This document shows, piece after piece, positions 45,015-59,270 of a stretch of DNA of 64,000 nucleotides. Position numbers and translations under genes: made by a program. The notes under the pieces were generated by a model. It had not been told where the DNA came from, made no database searches, and saw nothing but the letters and a program-made list of their open reading frames with translations. Source of the DNA: Eledone cirrhosa (taxonomy: Eukaryota); the NCBI GenBank assembly GCA_964016885.1, contig OZ024743.1, positions 122,946,001-123,010,000 on the forward strand, read 5' to 3'. The stretch's first letter is position 1, and every line of letters begins with the position of its first letter.

Positions 45015-45204
45015 TAATTGTTTCTACTTTTGGCACAAAGCCAGCAATTACCCCAGTGCATTACTGGTACTTTATTTTATCGACCCCGTAAGCATGAAAG
45101 GGAAAGTTAACCTCGGCGGGATTTGAACTCATATCGTGAAGGGACGTAATTCTATGCTGCAAAGCATGGCGTCCGACCCTCTACCGATACTGCCAATCCA
45201 CCGC
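45015..45204 (-). mobile_element. Full-length SINE, followed by a decayed plus-strand copy at ~45215-45335
   Basis: Family consensus. Confidence 0.9.
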
Positions 45205-45774
45205 TGCCAGTTAGAATGCGCTGCAGTAGTTATTCTGACACTATGCTTTGAGTTCAAATCCCACCTAGAACATCTTTGCTTTTTGTCCTTCGAGGTCGGT
45301 AAATAAAGTACCAGTTCGATACTGGTGTCGATTCTTGAGTATGCTCCAATCTATAGAGGGGATGGGATCCACCACTTATGTAACGGGAGCACCACTACAC
45401 CCTACAACTCAGTCAGGTTCATGCTATGACAGAAATGCGTGTGTGCGAGTGCGTCTGTGTGTGTGCGAGTGCGTCTGTGTGTGTGTGTGTGTATGCAACA
45501 ATATATATGAGTATGTGTGTTTGTGTGCGTGAGAACATGTGTGTATGTTTGTATGTGCGAGTTCCGTATGTCAGTCAGAGAGATATAAAATAGATGAGTC
45601 GATAATACAACCATATAAAGAAAGAATGTTTCAAGCTGAAAGATTATTTTATAGTCCACAGCAAGGACATGTGTTGGTAGATATTAATGTTGTTTACTAG
45701 ATTCTGGGGAGATTAATATTTCAGGAATGAATACACCTGTTAGGTTATTCGAAACGTTCGTCAATGAATTAACT

Positions 45775-46653
45775 AATTGAGGCACAATACCAACTATTTT
45801 GGAGGATGGGAAAGTCTATTAAATCGACCCCAGTGCGTTACTGCTAATTCATTTTATTGACCCCCAGCCCCTCGGGATAAAAAGTGAAGCTAACCTTGGC
45901 GGGATTTGAACTGAAAATGTAGAGTGACGTAACTATATGCCGCAAAGCAAGTTGTCCGATGCTTTAACGATACTGCTAATTCACCGCACTTTAATAATTG
46001 TTTCTACTTTTGGCACAAGGCCAGCAATTAACCAGTGCATTACTGGTACTTTGTTTTATCAACCCCGTAAGGATGAAAGGCAAAGTTAACCTCGGCGGGA
46101 TTTGAACTGAGACCATAAAGGGCCGTAACTCTTTGCTGCAAAGCATGGCGTCCGACCCTCTACCGATACTGCCAAACCGCACTTTAATAATTGTTTCTAA
46201 TTTAGGCACAAATACAGCAATTTTGGAGAAGGGCTAAAGTCGCTTAAATGGACCCTAGTGCGATACTGGTACTTTATTTCATCGACCCCGTAAGGACGAA
46301 AAGCTAAGTTAACCTTGATGGGATTTGAAATTGGAAAGTAAAGGGCCATAACTATATGCCGCAAAGCATATTTTTCGACGCTTTAAAGATACTGCCTATT
46401 CACCGCACTTTTAATAAGAATCTACTTTTGGCACAAGGCCAGCAATTATACCAGTGCATTACTGGTACTTTATTTTATCGACCCCGTAAGGATGAAAGGC
46501 AAAGTTAACCTCGGCTGAATTTGAATTCAAGCAGTAAAGGACCGTAACTCTATGCTGCAAAGCATGCCGTCCGACCCTCTACCGATACTGCCATTCCACC
46601 GCACTTTTAATAATTGTTTCTACTTCAGGCACAAGGCCAGTGGCCGCACTTTT
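45775..46653 (-). mobile_element. Head-to-tail tandem array of four SINEs plus one internally deleted mini-copy
   Basis: Units are ~45775-45992, 45993-46185, 46186-46412, 46413-46608 and 46609-46653; every junction reads ccgcacttt(t)aataa. Confidence 0.9.
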
Positions 46654-47389
46654 AATAATAATAATGAATATACATTCTCTCAAACATCTTAAACTAAAAC
46701 ACCTACATGCGGGTGCGTATGTAAATGAATATATACATCATTAGTCACATTTCTAGACGCGCACATTTACACGTGTATACGTGCAGTTACTTGTACATTT
46801 AAGCGAAGAATTCCGATCATACATCTTGAACTTATGGTGACCTCAACCAACCTATTAGGAGATAGAGTGAGACATGACAAACATTTTAAAACAAAAAAGT
46901 GGAACATCAGGCTTTGAATAATTTCAAATACCGCTGAGCATCAGCATTCGACATTATAAACACTACATACAACGTGTACTCGTCTGTGTTGCTACTTTCG
47001 AATTCCAATGTTTATCTATTGAGAAAAACAAGCATATACACACGCGTACACGTACACACCTACGTCCACATATGACACATATACATACATACACTCTTCA
47101 TATGCAGCTGCATCCACATATATGCACCCCTCATACCATATACATACATATATACACACGTACGCACACCCGCAGGCTCAGACCTACACATGTAGACGCT
47201 ATATTATCTCCCAAGATCTATTAGATCTGGAGATGAACGTGTTCGAAACAAATTCATAGAGTTGTAAACTAATATGTAAGTGTGTGGGAGAGTGTGTATG
47301 TATGTGAGTGAGTCACACACACACTTTCACATACACCCCACATGGGCATGCCTCTAATTTTATATACATATATATATATATAGTGAAGG

Positions 47390-47454
<65 letters not shown>

Positions 47455-48521
47455 CATACATACATGCATACATACATGTTGGTTCTAGCTATCTACCTAT
47501 CTGTCCATCTTTCTATCTTTTCATCTAACTTATCTGGATCGTCAGTCATTCTAAGTGCCAATAATATGATTTACATCTTCAGAATTAAATCTCATATCGA
47601 AAACATGGACATTTGTGTAGTATTATAATAAAAATAACGCATGTAAATATACCCAGGGGAGCAATTGGCGACTAATATGCATCAAGTGTGGGAAATAGTT
47701 TTGAGTATAAATAAATAGATAGGATGAAAAGCTAAACTTCCACACTGAATAGTAAAACTAATGTAGCGCAAGGCTAATGTTAAGAATTCTACGAGTTGTA
47801 CCGTCAGTTTTGTTACCGAGAGGGTTTATTGCTTTTAATCATCAACGTGACTATGTGGGATTATTGCTTTTTGTCATTAATTTTACACAACTGAATACAC
47901 TAAATCGGTTCATTAGTATTCAATATTATACACCATTGTAATGATATCAAATCAGTCAATTAACTGGTCCTATATTCTTTCAGTGGTTTCTAAAATATAA
48001 CTTAGAAACCTATAATATTTATGGCATATTAAGCGAGTCAAATATCGAGCCTCTACGTGATTGTTACATCTGCTAAATTGAATCTCCCTTAACTTATATT
48101 CTTATATATGTCATGGTAAAGAAGACATACATTAGATTATTAGTGGTCAGGAGTTCGCCATAGATCTACTCACTCATGGATCAACCCGGACGTAATCAGA
48201 CAAGCCAAGAATGTATGATGGCATCAATACGGATAACTGTATTCCTTCTATAAAATTGGTCTCCTATTTCGTCAAACCATCACATTAAGGAGAACGTTCA
48301 TTTTTACTAATAAGTTAATTACAAGCCAATGGTTGGTTAGTTTATGTTATGCAAGGTTGGAGTAGTTTATTTATGAACATATACAAACTATTTACATTAC
48401 ACATATACTATTCTATTTTAATAACGAATCGTACGTCAAATGCACAAAGGGTAAGCATCTAAAAGTATATATGTATGATTGTATGCATGTATGAGTGTAT
48501 ATATATATATATGTGTGTGTA

Positions 48522-48576
<55 letters not shown>

Positions 48577-48781
48577 CATACATGCATACATATATATATA
48601 TGTGTGTGTGTATATATGTGAGTGTGTGTGGGTGAATCTGTATATACATATTTACATATATGTATGAACACACATATTTACATATATGTATGAACGCATA
48701 TTTTTTTAAGGAATATATATATATTGATACACGATATATATATACATATATATATACGATATATATATAGAGAGAGATATA

Positions 48782-48815
<34 letters not shown>

Positions 48816-49361
48816 ATATTGATATACGATATATATATATATATTTGTGTGTGTGTGCGAGTATAAAGCAGATAAAATCATGAAGTACATGCTGTGCACA
48901 TTTGCATATACGAATTTCTTTTTTGTTTGTTTGTCAAATGCAGATTATATTCCGCATACGAATGGGTGAAATACTATGGGAAATTTGGATATAGAATCCA
49001 ATAGTGTTGTATATCTATAGGGTCATCAGCTAGTCAGTTCAGATTTGGCCTTCGACACCCAGAGACATAGCAATGATTTTTATCTAAGCTATCGTGAAGA
49101 TCTCTTGTAAGACGAGAAGATTGGATGGAGATAATGACTAAATCGCTAAAAAATGCAATATATACGAATCTTCGCACTTATGGTATGAGGAAAAATATTG
49201 TGTTTTTTATTGGATAAACCGACATAGCTGGCTATCTTCTTGTGTTTTGTCCATGGATTAGTCTATAGATATGTTCAGTTACCTAGTTGCATATGAAACT
49301 ATGTACACTTATGTGCATATACGTATGTATATATATTTAGATATACACATATATATGTGTA

Positions 49362-49421
<60 letters not shown>

Positions 49422-50715
49422 CATATATATATGTATATATAAATATATATAAATATACATACATACATATATGCATATATAAGTGTGTGTATGTGTATAA
49501 ATATATATATATATACACGCACAAACACACACACACACATATATTTATATATAAACGTACATACACATGTACACACAACAACCGATTCACATACACGCAC
49601 ATATAAACACATACATACATACATACATGCATACATACATACATACATACATACAAGATTTGCAAAACATTCTTGCGATTCAAGGGATGACAATTTCTTT
49701 TCTTTTACAACCTTGCCACCAGGAAGGTGGCCGGTCAAAAAAAAAATATACTCGAAATTAAGAGAAAGAGAAAACATACATACATATATTTATTCACAAA
49801 TGCAATAACATCTCGTTATATATATATGTATGCGTCTGTCCTCTCCCAAGCTTATCCTTTGTATGGCAGTGAGTCATAGGTCGTGGTTCGGTTGATCACT
49901 TCGTGTTACTGTTGAATTGAATGTTGCTATCGGCGAAACGAATGATCTGGCCGTGGCATAATTGTCTGTACCATTTAGTTGGTTTTCAGAATGTCATTGT
50001 TCGTAGAAGAGTCGTCACAGTTCGTAGCCAATGGCATTGTGGCTGTTTTAATACAAACTGACATTTGTTTGTTTATGTTGGTTAGTCGCTCTGCTCTCAC
50101 TACGCACAAACATATGACAGAAATGCAATGCAACGAATGCTTGCGTGTCATATATTTTACTGTGCACCCTAAATATGTTATGGTTTAAGTATACTGTTGT
50201 TATTATGGTGGTTGATTGAGTGTGATATTGTGTGACAGTCACGTAATGTTACATCCTAGCTGCCCTCTAAGCATCTTCTACGTCTGCCTGGCAGGACTGA
50301 CGAAATAAGCAAATATATGCGTGCTTCGCGTACCAAACCAAGATGCTCCACACATTTTCTAGTTTTGTAGCTGAACCAGGGCCCCACAAGGGAAGAGGGC
50401 ATAATTGAGAAAATAACACTTACATATATTTATAAAACAATATTATTAAAAAGGCACTGTATACATATTACGAAGAATACTCTCAATACAATAGGAATAA
50501 CAACACAAAAAACAACACTGTACTTACCCAAATCACACGTAAAGCGGTGACGACATGCAATAAAAATAAGACTAATAATAAAAGTATTATTATAGTTATT
50601 ATTTGAAACTTCCTTTGTATTCTGGTTCTTTCTCAAATCATGCTGAGTGTCAACCTGACACCTGATATAATAATAATTATTATTATTATTTCTACTTATT
50701 TATAATAATAATAAT

Positions 50716-51056
50716 AATTGTTTCTACTTTTGGCACAAGGCCAGCAATTACCCATACATTACTGGTACTTTATTTTATGGACCCCGTATGGATGAAAGGC
50801 AAAGTTAACCTCGGCGGGATTTGAACTCAGATCGTAAAGGGACGTAATAATAATGATATTAATAATTGTTTCTACTTTAGGCACAAGGCCAGCAATTTGA
50901 AGGTGAGGGGAAAATGGATTAAATCAACCCTAGTGAATTACAGGTAGGGATGAATGGCAGAGCTAAAGGAAAGTCGAAGAACCCAGAATGTAAAGGGCCG
51001 TAACTCTAAGCTGCAAAGCATAGTGTCCGACTCTTTGCCGATACTGCCAATCCACC
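50716..51056 (-). mobile_element. Two SINE copies (50716-50846 5'-truncated; 50864-51056) in a (TAA)n tract
   Basis: Family consensus; tails embedded in aataat repeats. Confidence 0.85.
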
Positions 51057-51083
51057 AAACTTTAAAGACAGGCATGACAGAGC

Positions 51084-51730
51084 TAAACAGGCATGACAGA
51101 GCTGCACAATACATAAATTGGATAATGTGTAAGCATTTTGACCTGCCCCATCAAAAGAATTGGTGGGAGCATCAACCACCTCCCATACTTGAAAAAGATC
51201 ACATCTCAATCTTGTGGAACTTTAGCATCCAAACAGACCGAAAAATAGATACAAATAGACCTGATATAATATTGAAAGACTTTAAAAAGAGGGTATGCCT
51301 GCTAATTGATATGTCCGTTCCAATAGACAAGAATGTATCTATAAACACATTTGAAAAATTGAGCAAGTATAAGGACCTGGAGATAGAAATTTGAAAAATG
51401 TGGAAATTGAGAACTAAAACAATACCAGTGGTTGTAGGCGCCCTAGGAATGATACCTAAGGGGTCTAATGATTACTTATCGCAAATCCCAGGAAACCCGC
51501 GTATAGGAGAAATACAAAAGATAGTACTAATGGGAACTGCCCATATACTAAGGAAGATCCTGTCAATATAAGTACATCACAAGTCTAAACACCTAAAAAT
51601 GCATGTGTGTGTATGTATGTTCTTTCTTGAACATGGCGGACCTTGTTGTCTCTTGAGGTCACTGGTTGTGACTTGGTGATAACTCGTATGAACATAAAGC
51701 AAGATAAATGCGACTGTAATAATAATAATA
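51084..51730 (+). mobile_element. R4/Dong-clade non-LTR retrotransposon 3' end (restriction-like endonuclease domain + 3' UTR), copy 1
   Basis: RHD..AQYINW.MCK...WWEHQP...ILWNFSIQTDRKI..NRPDII..D......LIDMSVP.D......EKLSKYKDL..EI*KMW......PVVVGALG...IQKIVLMGTAHILRK (PD-D-K RLE). One in-frame TGA at 51392; stop at ~51570; (TAA)n tail. Confidence 0.88.
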
Positions 51731-51826
51731 ATTGTTTCTACTTTAGGCACAAGGCCAGCAATTACCCAGTGCATTACTGGTACTTTATTTTATCGACCTC
51801 GTAAGGATGAAAGGCAAAGTCAACCT
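51729..51826 (-). mobile_element. SINE 3' half
   Basis: Family consensus, (TAA)n on both sides. Confidence 0.85.
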
Positions 51827-51840
51827 ATAATAATAATAAT

Positions 51841-52580
51841 GTACATACTGACAGGACCATAAAAGCAAATAGACCTGACATCATTGTAAAAGATCAACAT
51901 ACCAAGGTCTGTTTGTTGATAGATATGAGCATTCCATGTGATCACAATTTCGCGGCAAAAGAATTTGACAAGCTACGAAAATATAAAGATCTGCTTATTG
52001 AAATTGAGAAAATGTGGCACCTCAAGGCCGTTACAATACCAGTGATTGTGGGAGGACTGGGAATGATCAAGAAAGGAACAGAACAATATTTGAGAATGAT
52101 TCCTGGTTTACTCTCTCTGCACGAGGTGCAAAAAATTGTTTTGACTGGTACTGCACACGTATTGAGAAGAGCACTATCTCTGTAAGATTGATATCCCTCC
52201 TTGTATTTACATATGCATATGCACATGTGTATATATATATACTGTTTTTTTCTTCTTCTTATAATCCATGTGCTGTATTAACTGGCTTACCAATGCACAC
52301 TGTGAATTTATTTGCCCTAGGTGTCAGGAAGACACTCAGAAATAATAATTGTTTCTACTTTTGGCACAAGGCCAGCAATTACCCAGTACATTACTGGTAC
52401 TTTATTTTATCGACCCCGTAAGGATGAAAGGCAAAGTTAACCTCGGCGGGATTTGAACTCAGATCATAGAGGGAGGTAACTCTATGCTTCAAAGCATGGC
52501 GTCCGACCCTCTACCGATACTGCCAATCCACCGCCTCAGAAACAATAATGAAAGAAAATAAAAATGATAATAATAATAAT
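51841..52580 (+). mobile_element. R4/Dong-clade 3' end, copy 2 (different subfamily)
   Basis: HTDRTIKANRPDIIVKD....CLLIDMSIPCD....KEFDKL.KYKDL.IEIEKMW.L..VTIPVIVGGLG...VQKIVLTGTAHVLRRALSL* is open to 52185. It starts and ends in (TAA)n, and the 3' UTR is interrupted by a SINE. Confidence 0.88.
52347..52535 (-). mobile_element. Full-length SINE with ~15-bp TSD
   Basis: ctcagaaa(t/c)aataat occurs at 52335-52349 and 52535-52549. Confidence 0.92.
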
Positions 52581-53548
52581 AAGTAAAATGATAATGATGA
52601 TGATGATGTTGATTTCAATCTAGGTACAAGGCCAGTAAATGGATGGGAGAAGGAAGTCAATAAACTGTAAATATCTTATACCACATGAAACCACATTAGC
52701 ATAACACTTGAAAATTTTGAAACAACTCAATGACAGCATCTCATCAAATATTACTACAACATTTCACAATGATTTCTTTACTTCTAAAGATACTATAAAC
52801 ATTTTGATTAACAAACTCGTTTTTATATATGTTCTGCTAAATCATTATAGTATATTGAGAGTTAAATCGATCCCAGTATTGGACAAGCACGTAATTTTAC
52901 GGTGGCTGGGAGGATGAAAGACAAAGTTAGCCATTGTTGGATTTGGATTCAAAAGGTAGAGATCTGCAACGAAATGCTGCCAAGCATTTTTATCAGATGT
53001 CCTAGCGATTCTATCAAATAATAATTGGATATTCAACACAACTGGAATCTAATAACTGCCACATTGAACACACCCTGACCTTAATCCAGAACTGATGTTT
53101 GGAATCAAAGACCCGAATTACCTTTAGAAATTAATCTGTAGGTTTGTTTCATTGTGAACTGTTTGGTTTTACTTCTGAATTGCTTTATCTTCTCTGGGGT
53201 TTATGTACAGGTTTGTGAAGCATTCATTAGTAAATTACGTGTGATACCCTAGCGTGTGAACATATTAATAAAAGTAATTAACATAAAGTAAGTAGTTTTG
53301 TGAGATGTATGATCAGAAAAAATCTGATAAGATATATAATGCAAAATTGGAATTATACATAGGTGAAATTCGAATACTGTAATTGAAGAATTTTACAATT
53401 ATTATCATTTTTTATTTATTATTTATAAACATTTATTATTTATAAACATAAATTCATATTCATAAGATGAAGCGGTGAAGGTTTCGAACGTTAATAAACT
53501 CATGTACTTAGGAATTGTATTGATCTAAATCCTGCATGAAGAACTAAT

Positions 53549-53635
53549 GAAGAAATATGAAACCTCCCTAATAAAAATGATCAACTTTGAGCACAATTGT
53601 GTTTTCAATTCAATGTATTTGAACGAAAGTTTGTT

Positions 53636-53734
<99 letters not shown>

Positions 53735-53822
53735 GAACAAACTTTCTTTCAAATACATTGAATTGAAAACACAATTGTGCTCAAAGTTGATCATTTTTAT
53801 TAAGGAGGTTTCATATTTCTTC
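53549..53822. repeat. ~92-bp inverted repeat flanking (CA)n(TA)n
   Basis: 53549-53641 is the reverse complement of 53730-53822 with ~2 mismatches; also visible as mirrored peptide text in ORFs 53525- and 53547+. Confidence 0.9.
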
Positions 53823-54472
53823 TTAAGCCGATTGTGCATTGTGCATTGTTGCATAATATATGCAGACAGATGGTGCAGTGCACCTTACTGCTGCATTAGT
53901 GCGGCAGAAACTCGAGTCCGAGAACCTTATAGGCACCCGTTTTACGTGTGCTGTGTTGAGGCAAATAACTATGTGTATACTCTGGTAATGTATCTTACAT
54001 TGCCCATTGAGTGCACTGAGATACAACCGGTACTGGCATTGATAAATATGCTGGGTCCGTCAACCCTTATTATTATATATATATATATATATTTGGGTGT
54101 GGGTGCTGGTGGGTGCGTGTGTGTGTTAAGTGTATGTATGTATGTGTGCGTGTATGTATATATATATATATATATGCACACACACGCACACACGCACACA
54201 CACACAAACACACACACACACATGTATATATATGTTTCTGAAGAAGATGGTCGATCAAACAGGCATTTCGAGACTAGAAATAGGTAGTAATATAACCACT
54301 ATCAAGCTAGTTGATACATCGATCTTCCACGATCAATCGACCCCTCTGAAACGATCGTACAACAATGAACTAATTAACTACCTATCTCTGACTTCTGTCT
54401 TGTTTTCATTGTTCTGTATACGAACACACGCACACACTCACACACACATACATATACACACACATATATATA

Positions 54473-54543
<71 letters not shown>

Positions 54544-56119
54544 TTGTGAATACTTCTCACACTGTGTGATTGAGTGTGTATGTGTGTGTATATGTATGCT
54601 GTGTGTTGATGAATACATATATAAATATTGAACCTGGGCCGTTGCTTTTAAAATACAATTAAAAACAATATGAATTCCTTGAAATATTCATTCAGTTACT
54701 TCGTGCTTGTCGTTGTGTTCATGTCTATTATAAGTTTGTGGATCTAAATGCGTATATACATACATACACACAAACACACGCATATTTGGGTGTGTGCGTG
54801 TGTATGTGTGTGCATTTGTGTGGGTGTGGGTAGTGGTGGTCGTGGTGGTGGTGGTGGTGGTGTGCTTGTCCATATATGCGCTCTATTTATCTGTCTATTA
54901 AACTATATGTGTTTGACGCGTTGTTGTGTCTGTGACAGCTGGTCAAACTATGGCAGCAGTACCATTTGACAGCTATAGCTGAATATGAAAGACGGGTTAG
55001 ACAGCTACAACATTCTATAAAGATCTTATCAAAGATAACTCAGCAAGATTGTTCATCACAATCACCAGGAACTCCACAGGGCTATTAGCTGCCGTTTATT
55101 TTGTTAGGTTTCATGTGTACATTTGTCAGCTTTGCGATTTATATTTCTCTTAGAATGTGTGTTTGTATAGCTATATATGTCAGTATGTATTTGAGAAAAC
55201 TTTAGAAACCTTGTAATTTTGTCTATGATTATTTTTTATTTACTGCATCCACGAATGCCACACAAATCGTCGAATCTGAGGCACTGATTCTACATAAACC
55301 TTTTGATCTACACATATTTTGGTTCTCTTTCGTCACAGCACTCGGGTCACGCGTGTATTCAATGAACTAAATATAAGTACTCTGAACACCATATGGTAAT
55401 ATATCTTGAAATATCTCTAAATAATTAGTGAAGCGTGGCGAATAATTTCATCTTCATCCCCATGCAAGTTCCATTCATGCTGTGTAGTGTAAATAGAGGC
55501 CAAATCAGTGGCAGCATATCCAAACGCCTTCTTGAAAACATAAATGTTCTATGATTCTATAATAATGAGATTCTTCAATAACAACCTCCAGTGCGAAGTC
55601 GCCACCATATTGTACATCTTTCGGTACTAAAATTTAGGGATCCAAATTATTTGTGTACTATTCGAAAGAATATTTTTTCACCGCAAATGTTTCTAATCCT
55701 AATCCGATAATAGTATGTCATATTTTATATTTCTTTTCTGTGTTTCCACAAATTCCCGGTTTTCCACAAATTCGCAGCAAAGCCAAATATAGACCCTCGA
55801 ATTTCCGCTAGCAAAAGTGAGAATAAACGATATTGCTTTTGAAATTATAGTAATATTAGCCAGAAAAAGAAAACTTTTTACTACATTCTAATTCCAAGCA
55901 TTCGTCAATTTCGTATATCTTATATATAAATGAAAGTTCTTGATTCTGTGTGTTCACCTAAAACTCAGAAATTAGTGAATGGATACCCACACAATTACGT
56001 ATATATATTCACTACATCATGGGATTATTAATGGTAACAATTGTTTACCTTTACAATGTAAGCAATCCATTTAAAATCAATTCTACCAATTTCCGTATGC
56101 ATATCAAACACCCCGGATA

Positions 56120-57265
56120 TGCCTTCTGAGATTCCAACATACTACATCTGAATGAAACGAATTGCAAGAGCTGGAATCGAAAGAAACAAGGTCATTTAGT
56201 TGAAGATCAAGAAGTCAAGGCACGTGATGCTATTGGGAGTGTTTATTATGTCCACCCCAACAGCAGAGAGTGGTTTTATCTACGACTACTTCTGTATACC
56301 GTTAGAGGGCCAATGTTATATCAAAATCTCGTGTACTATAGAGGAAGGCTGTGCGCAAAATACCAAGAAGCATGTAAACAACATGGACTCCTGCACGACA
56401 ATGGACATCGGAATAAGACCCTACAAGAAGCAGCAGTCAATTGATTAGTCAGTCAAATAAGACAGTTGTTTGCTATTATGATCGCAGCATATGGAATTTA
56501 CGAAGCTCGTCTACTGTGGAAGGAGTACTAAAATAATATATAGGAAAACTATTTACAATTATCCCGAAGACTTCATGACAAAATGTATATGGAATATTCC
56601 CCAGGATTTATAATCAAACTCTCTCTCTCTCTCTGCGACCGAGCCCCATCGAGTTCAGGCAACAAATAGCATATTAGCTAACTGTAGGATGCCAGAGTCA
56701 GATGAGAAAATCGAGGTAGCGCAAGACATTTTTCAGGAAACAAACTTGCATAAATTTCTGGATGAATATGAACATCGATTAGTGGATGACAAGAAATATA
56801 CCGACCACAACATCATGGAAGACATTGAAAATGCCTGGGGAGTAATCTTTTTACCGTTGCTCTGGTTGGCACTTGTAAGACATTCCCGGATAAACCTTCT
56901 ACTTACAAACGTTCGCCAAAGCAACATATTGCCGTTGCTATAGCTTCAAGTGGTATTGGAACAATAATTCTGGATGGAGGAAACACTGCATATTCCATAT
57001 TTAAGCTGCCCATAGATCTCACACGGCATGAACAATATTTATGCAACACCAAAAAGAACTCACCCAAAGCCAAGCTTCTTCAATCATAAAAAATGGTAAG
57101 TTGGGAGGAAGGCACCATGAGCAATAAACGAGTAGTTGAATCCTTGGACCGGATAATAAAGAATCTGAAAGACAATGGTTCTCGCTTGTGATTTCTGTCA
57201 AACTCTGCCTGTAATTCCTCGAGTAAACCGAGCTGATCAGATCAGTGCCTGCTTGAAAACATATT
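56120..57265 (+). mobile_element. Decayed Helitron RepHel (PIF1-like helicase region)
   Basis: Broken frames give EIPTYYI*N....SWNRKKQG, IGSVYYVHPNSREWFYLRLLLYTVRGP, QIRQLFAIMI, IAVAIASSGIGTIILDGGNTAYSIFKLPIDL and DFCQTLPVIPRVNRADQISACLK, all typical Helitron helicase blocks. Confidence 0.88.
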
Positions 57266-59029
57266 ATTGCGACCTTCCTTTAACAAAAATAAAATCATTT
57301 TTTGTTCTTTGTTTTGAGTAGAAAATTTCATAAATTCAAGACACCTAAGTATGTGTCAGTACCACCCAGTGATCCGGGTAAGAAGAAATAGCTACCTTCT
57401 TAACCCATCTACCACACACTGTCTACCTTCAAGAATTATGTGTATACTGGTCTGTATATCCTCTCAAGCACAACATATTCCCTTTCCCACCCTCTTTTCC
57501 TTTTCATCACTTCATCCACTTATATCCTCATCTTTTGTTTGTCACTTTAAGCCCAGCACAACAAATTGTTTATGTAGGTTAGTTTCACCCAATTCCTTTA
57601 ACTATTACAAGCTTTTCTGGTTTTAGAGTATTTTAGGCTTTTGTCTTTCGATATTTCTTTTGGGTTCTATTAAAAAAGTTATTTCCAAATTCCAGTTTTG
57701 ACCCTAAACATGAACCTAAAACATCTATTCTATTAATATTATCATACACACGCAAACGCAAACACAGGCACGCGTACGCACACACACATACACAAATATA
57801 CATACGCACACACAGACACACATATGTATATATAATTGTATACCTATGTGGTCTTCACCAAAATAACATTTATGTCTACAACGTTATTCTTAGATATATA
57901 GAAATGCATGCACGAAATTATGCTCGTATATGAGGTTAAAAATGTATAAAGAACGCAGTATGAATTCGCTCTATAACTTGATTAAACTTGAAGCTAATTG
58001 TGCTATATAAATATTTTCATATATTTATAACAGGTCCCATTTCTCTTCCTGTAAGAATAACTATTATTTTCATAGACACCCGTTGATTCACTTCATATAC
58101 TTCTATAACGTCACTGGAATTTACGGTAAGTCTATATACTCTAATATCTCCTTAAAAGGAGATATGTGGGTGTATATATACATAAAATTCATATCACACA
58201 TTAAATACAGATCACATTAAATACACATCACTCTTATGACTACGAAATGTATCACAGCTAAAGAATTAATTATATTTATGAAAACACATTTAAAAGTAAT
58301 ACATGGTCTCCATTAGTAGATTCGGGGTCAAGTGTGGTCATGTGTATTGATGTGACATGCTTCCCCGTCTAATTTTGGATACTAATATAGTTTCCGTCTT
58401 ATATGCATTCTCATTTAACTAGCAGTATAATATTAGTAATTTAGGTATAACTACAGACATTATAAACGAAAGTATATAGTAATGAGGTTTTCTGATACTT
58501 AGTAAATAAAGTTACTAACTCAAATTCTTTTCTTTGCTTAGTTTAAATTTAAACTTAAAGAGAATTGGATGCATTATGAAAAACTATACATGAATACATA
58601 GACCAAATTACATCTGTCCCATACCTCGATATACGATGTCTGTGTTAATGTATTTCAAGTGCTACTTTTCTGAGCCAAACATCTCTAGAGTTCATTTTTC
58701 CTTACTTTCTGGGCGTGCATAAAATGACCTTTTTCGCAGATGGAAATTTTTAAGACAGTTAACACTACTAACTTGCTTTCAGACACAAAGCATCAAAACG
58801 ATATTATCCAATGTTCTTGTATAGAGTGGGATTTGGAGGATGATTTGACTGTTAGTTCTAGAAGCTTGAGGGGTTACACAGAGGCTCCTACATCAGATAG
58901 TTTGTATATGTATTTATGTACTTGTACTATGTACGGCGTATTTGGCTATCCGTCGTAATATATGTGTGTACATATCTATAAGTGATCACTAGTACAGCAT
59001 ATCATGTTTCTAATATTATTACTATAGCT

Positions 59030-59168
59030 GTTGTTGTTTCTTCTTCTTCTTCTTCTTCTTCTTCTTTATTATTATTACTATTACTTTTATTATTATTATT
59101 ATTATTATTGTTGTTGTTGTTGTTGTTGTTGTTATTATTATTATCTTTATTATTGTTATCGTCATTTT

Positions 59169-59215
<47 letters not shown>

Positions 59216-59270
59216 GTACTACTACTACTACTACTACTACTACTATTACTATTACTACTACTACTACTAC
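59030..59270. repeat. Compound trinucleotide microsatellite (TTC)n(TTA)n(TTG)n(CTA)n
   Basis: Directly visible; source of the poly-L/poly-V ORF artefacts. Confidence 0.95.

Noticed and set aside
45775-46653. CRISPR-like or tRNA gene array
   Set aside because: Units are ~190-225-bp SINEs with no unique spacers; the heads have A/B boxes but no tRNA cloverleaf; no cas genes; eukaryotic context
50954-51083. N-terminal part of ORF 50954-51394
   Set aside because: It is an antisense SINE read in frame by chance; the R4 homology starts at RHD (~51087), after a 17-nt duplication acaggcatgacagagct
55040-55700. Possible continuation of the Helitron or another TE ORF
   Set aside because: No recognisable motif in the minus-strand frames I translated by hand
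58076-58125. Plus-strand 50-nt exon candidate (ttttcatag...acg/gtaagt) and acceptor at ~34071
   Set aside because: Splice-like signals arise often by chance in AT-rich DNA; no homology or partner exon
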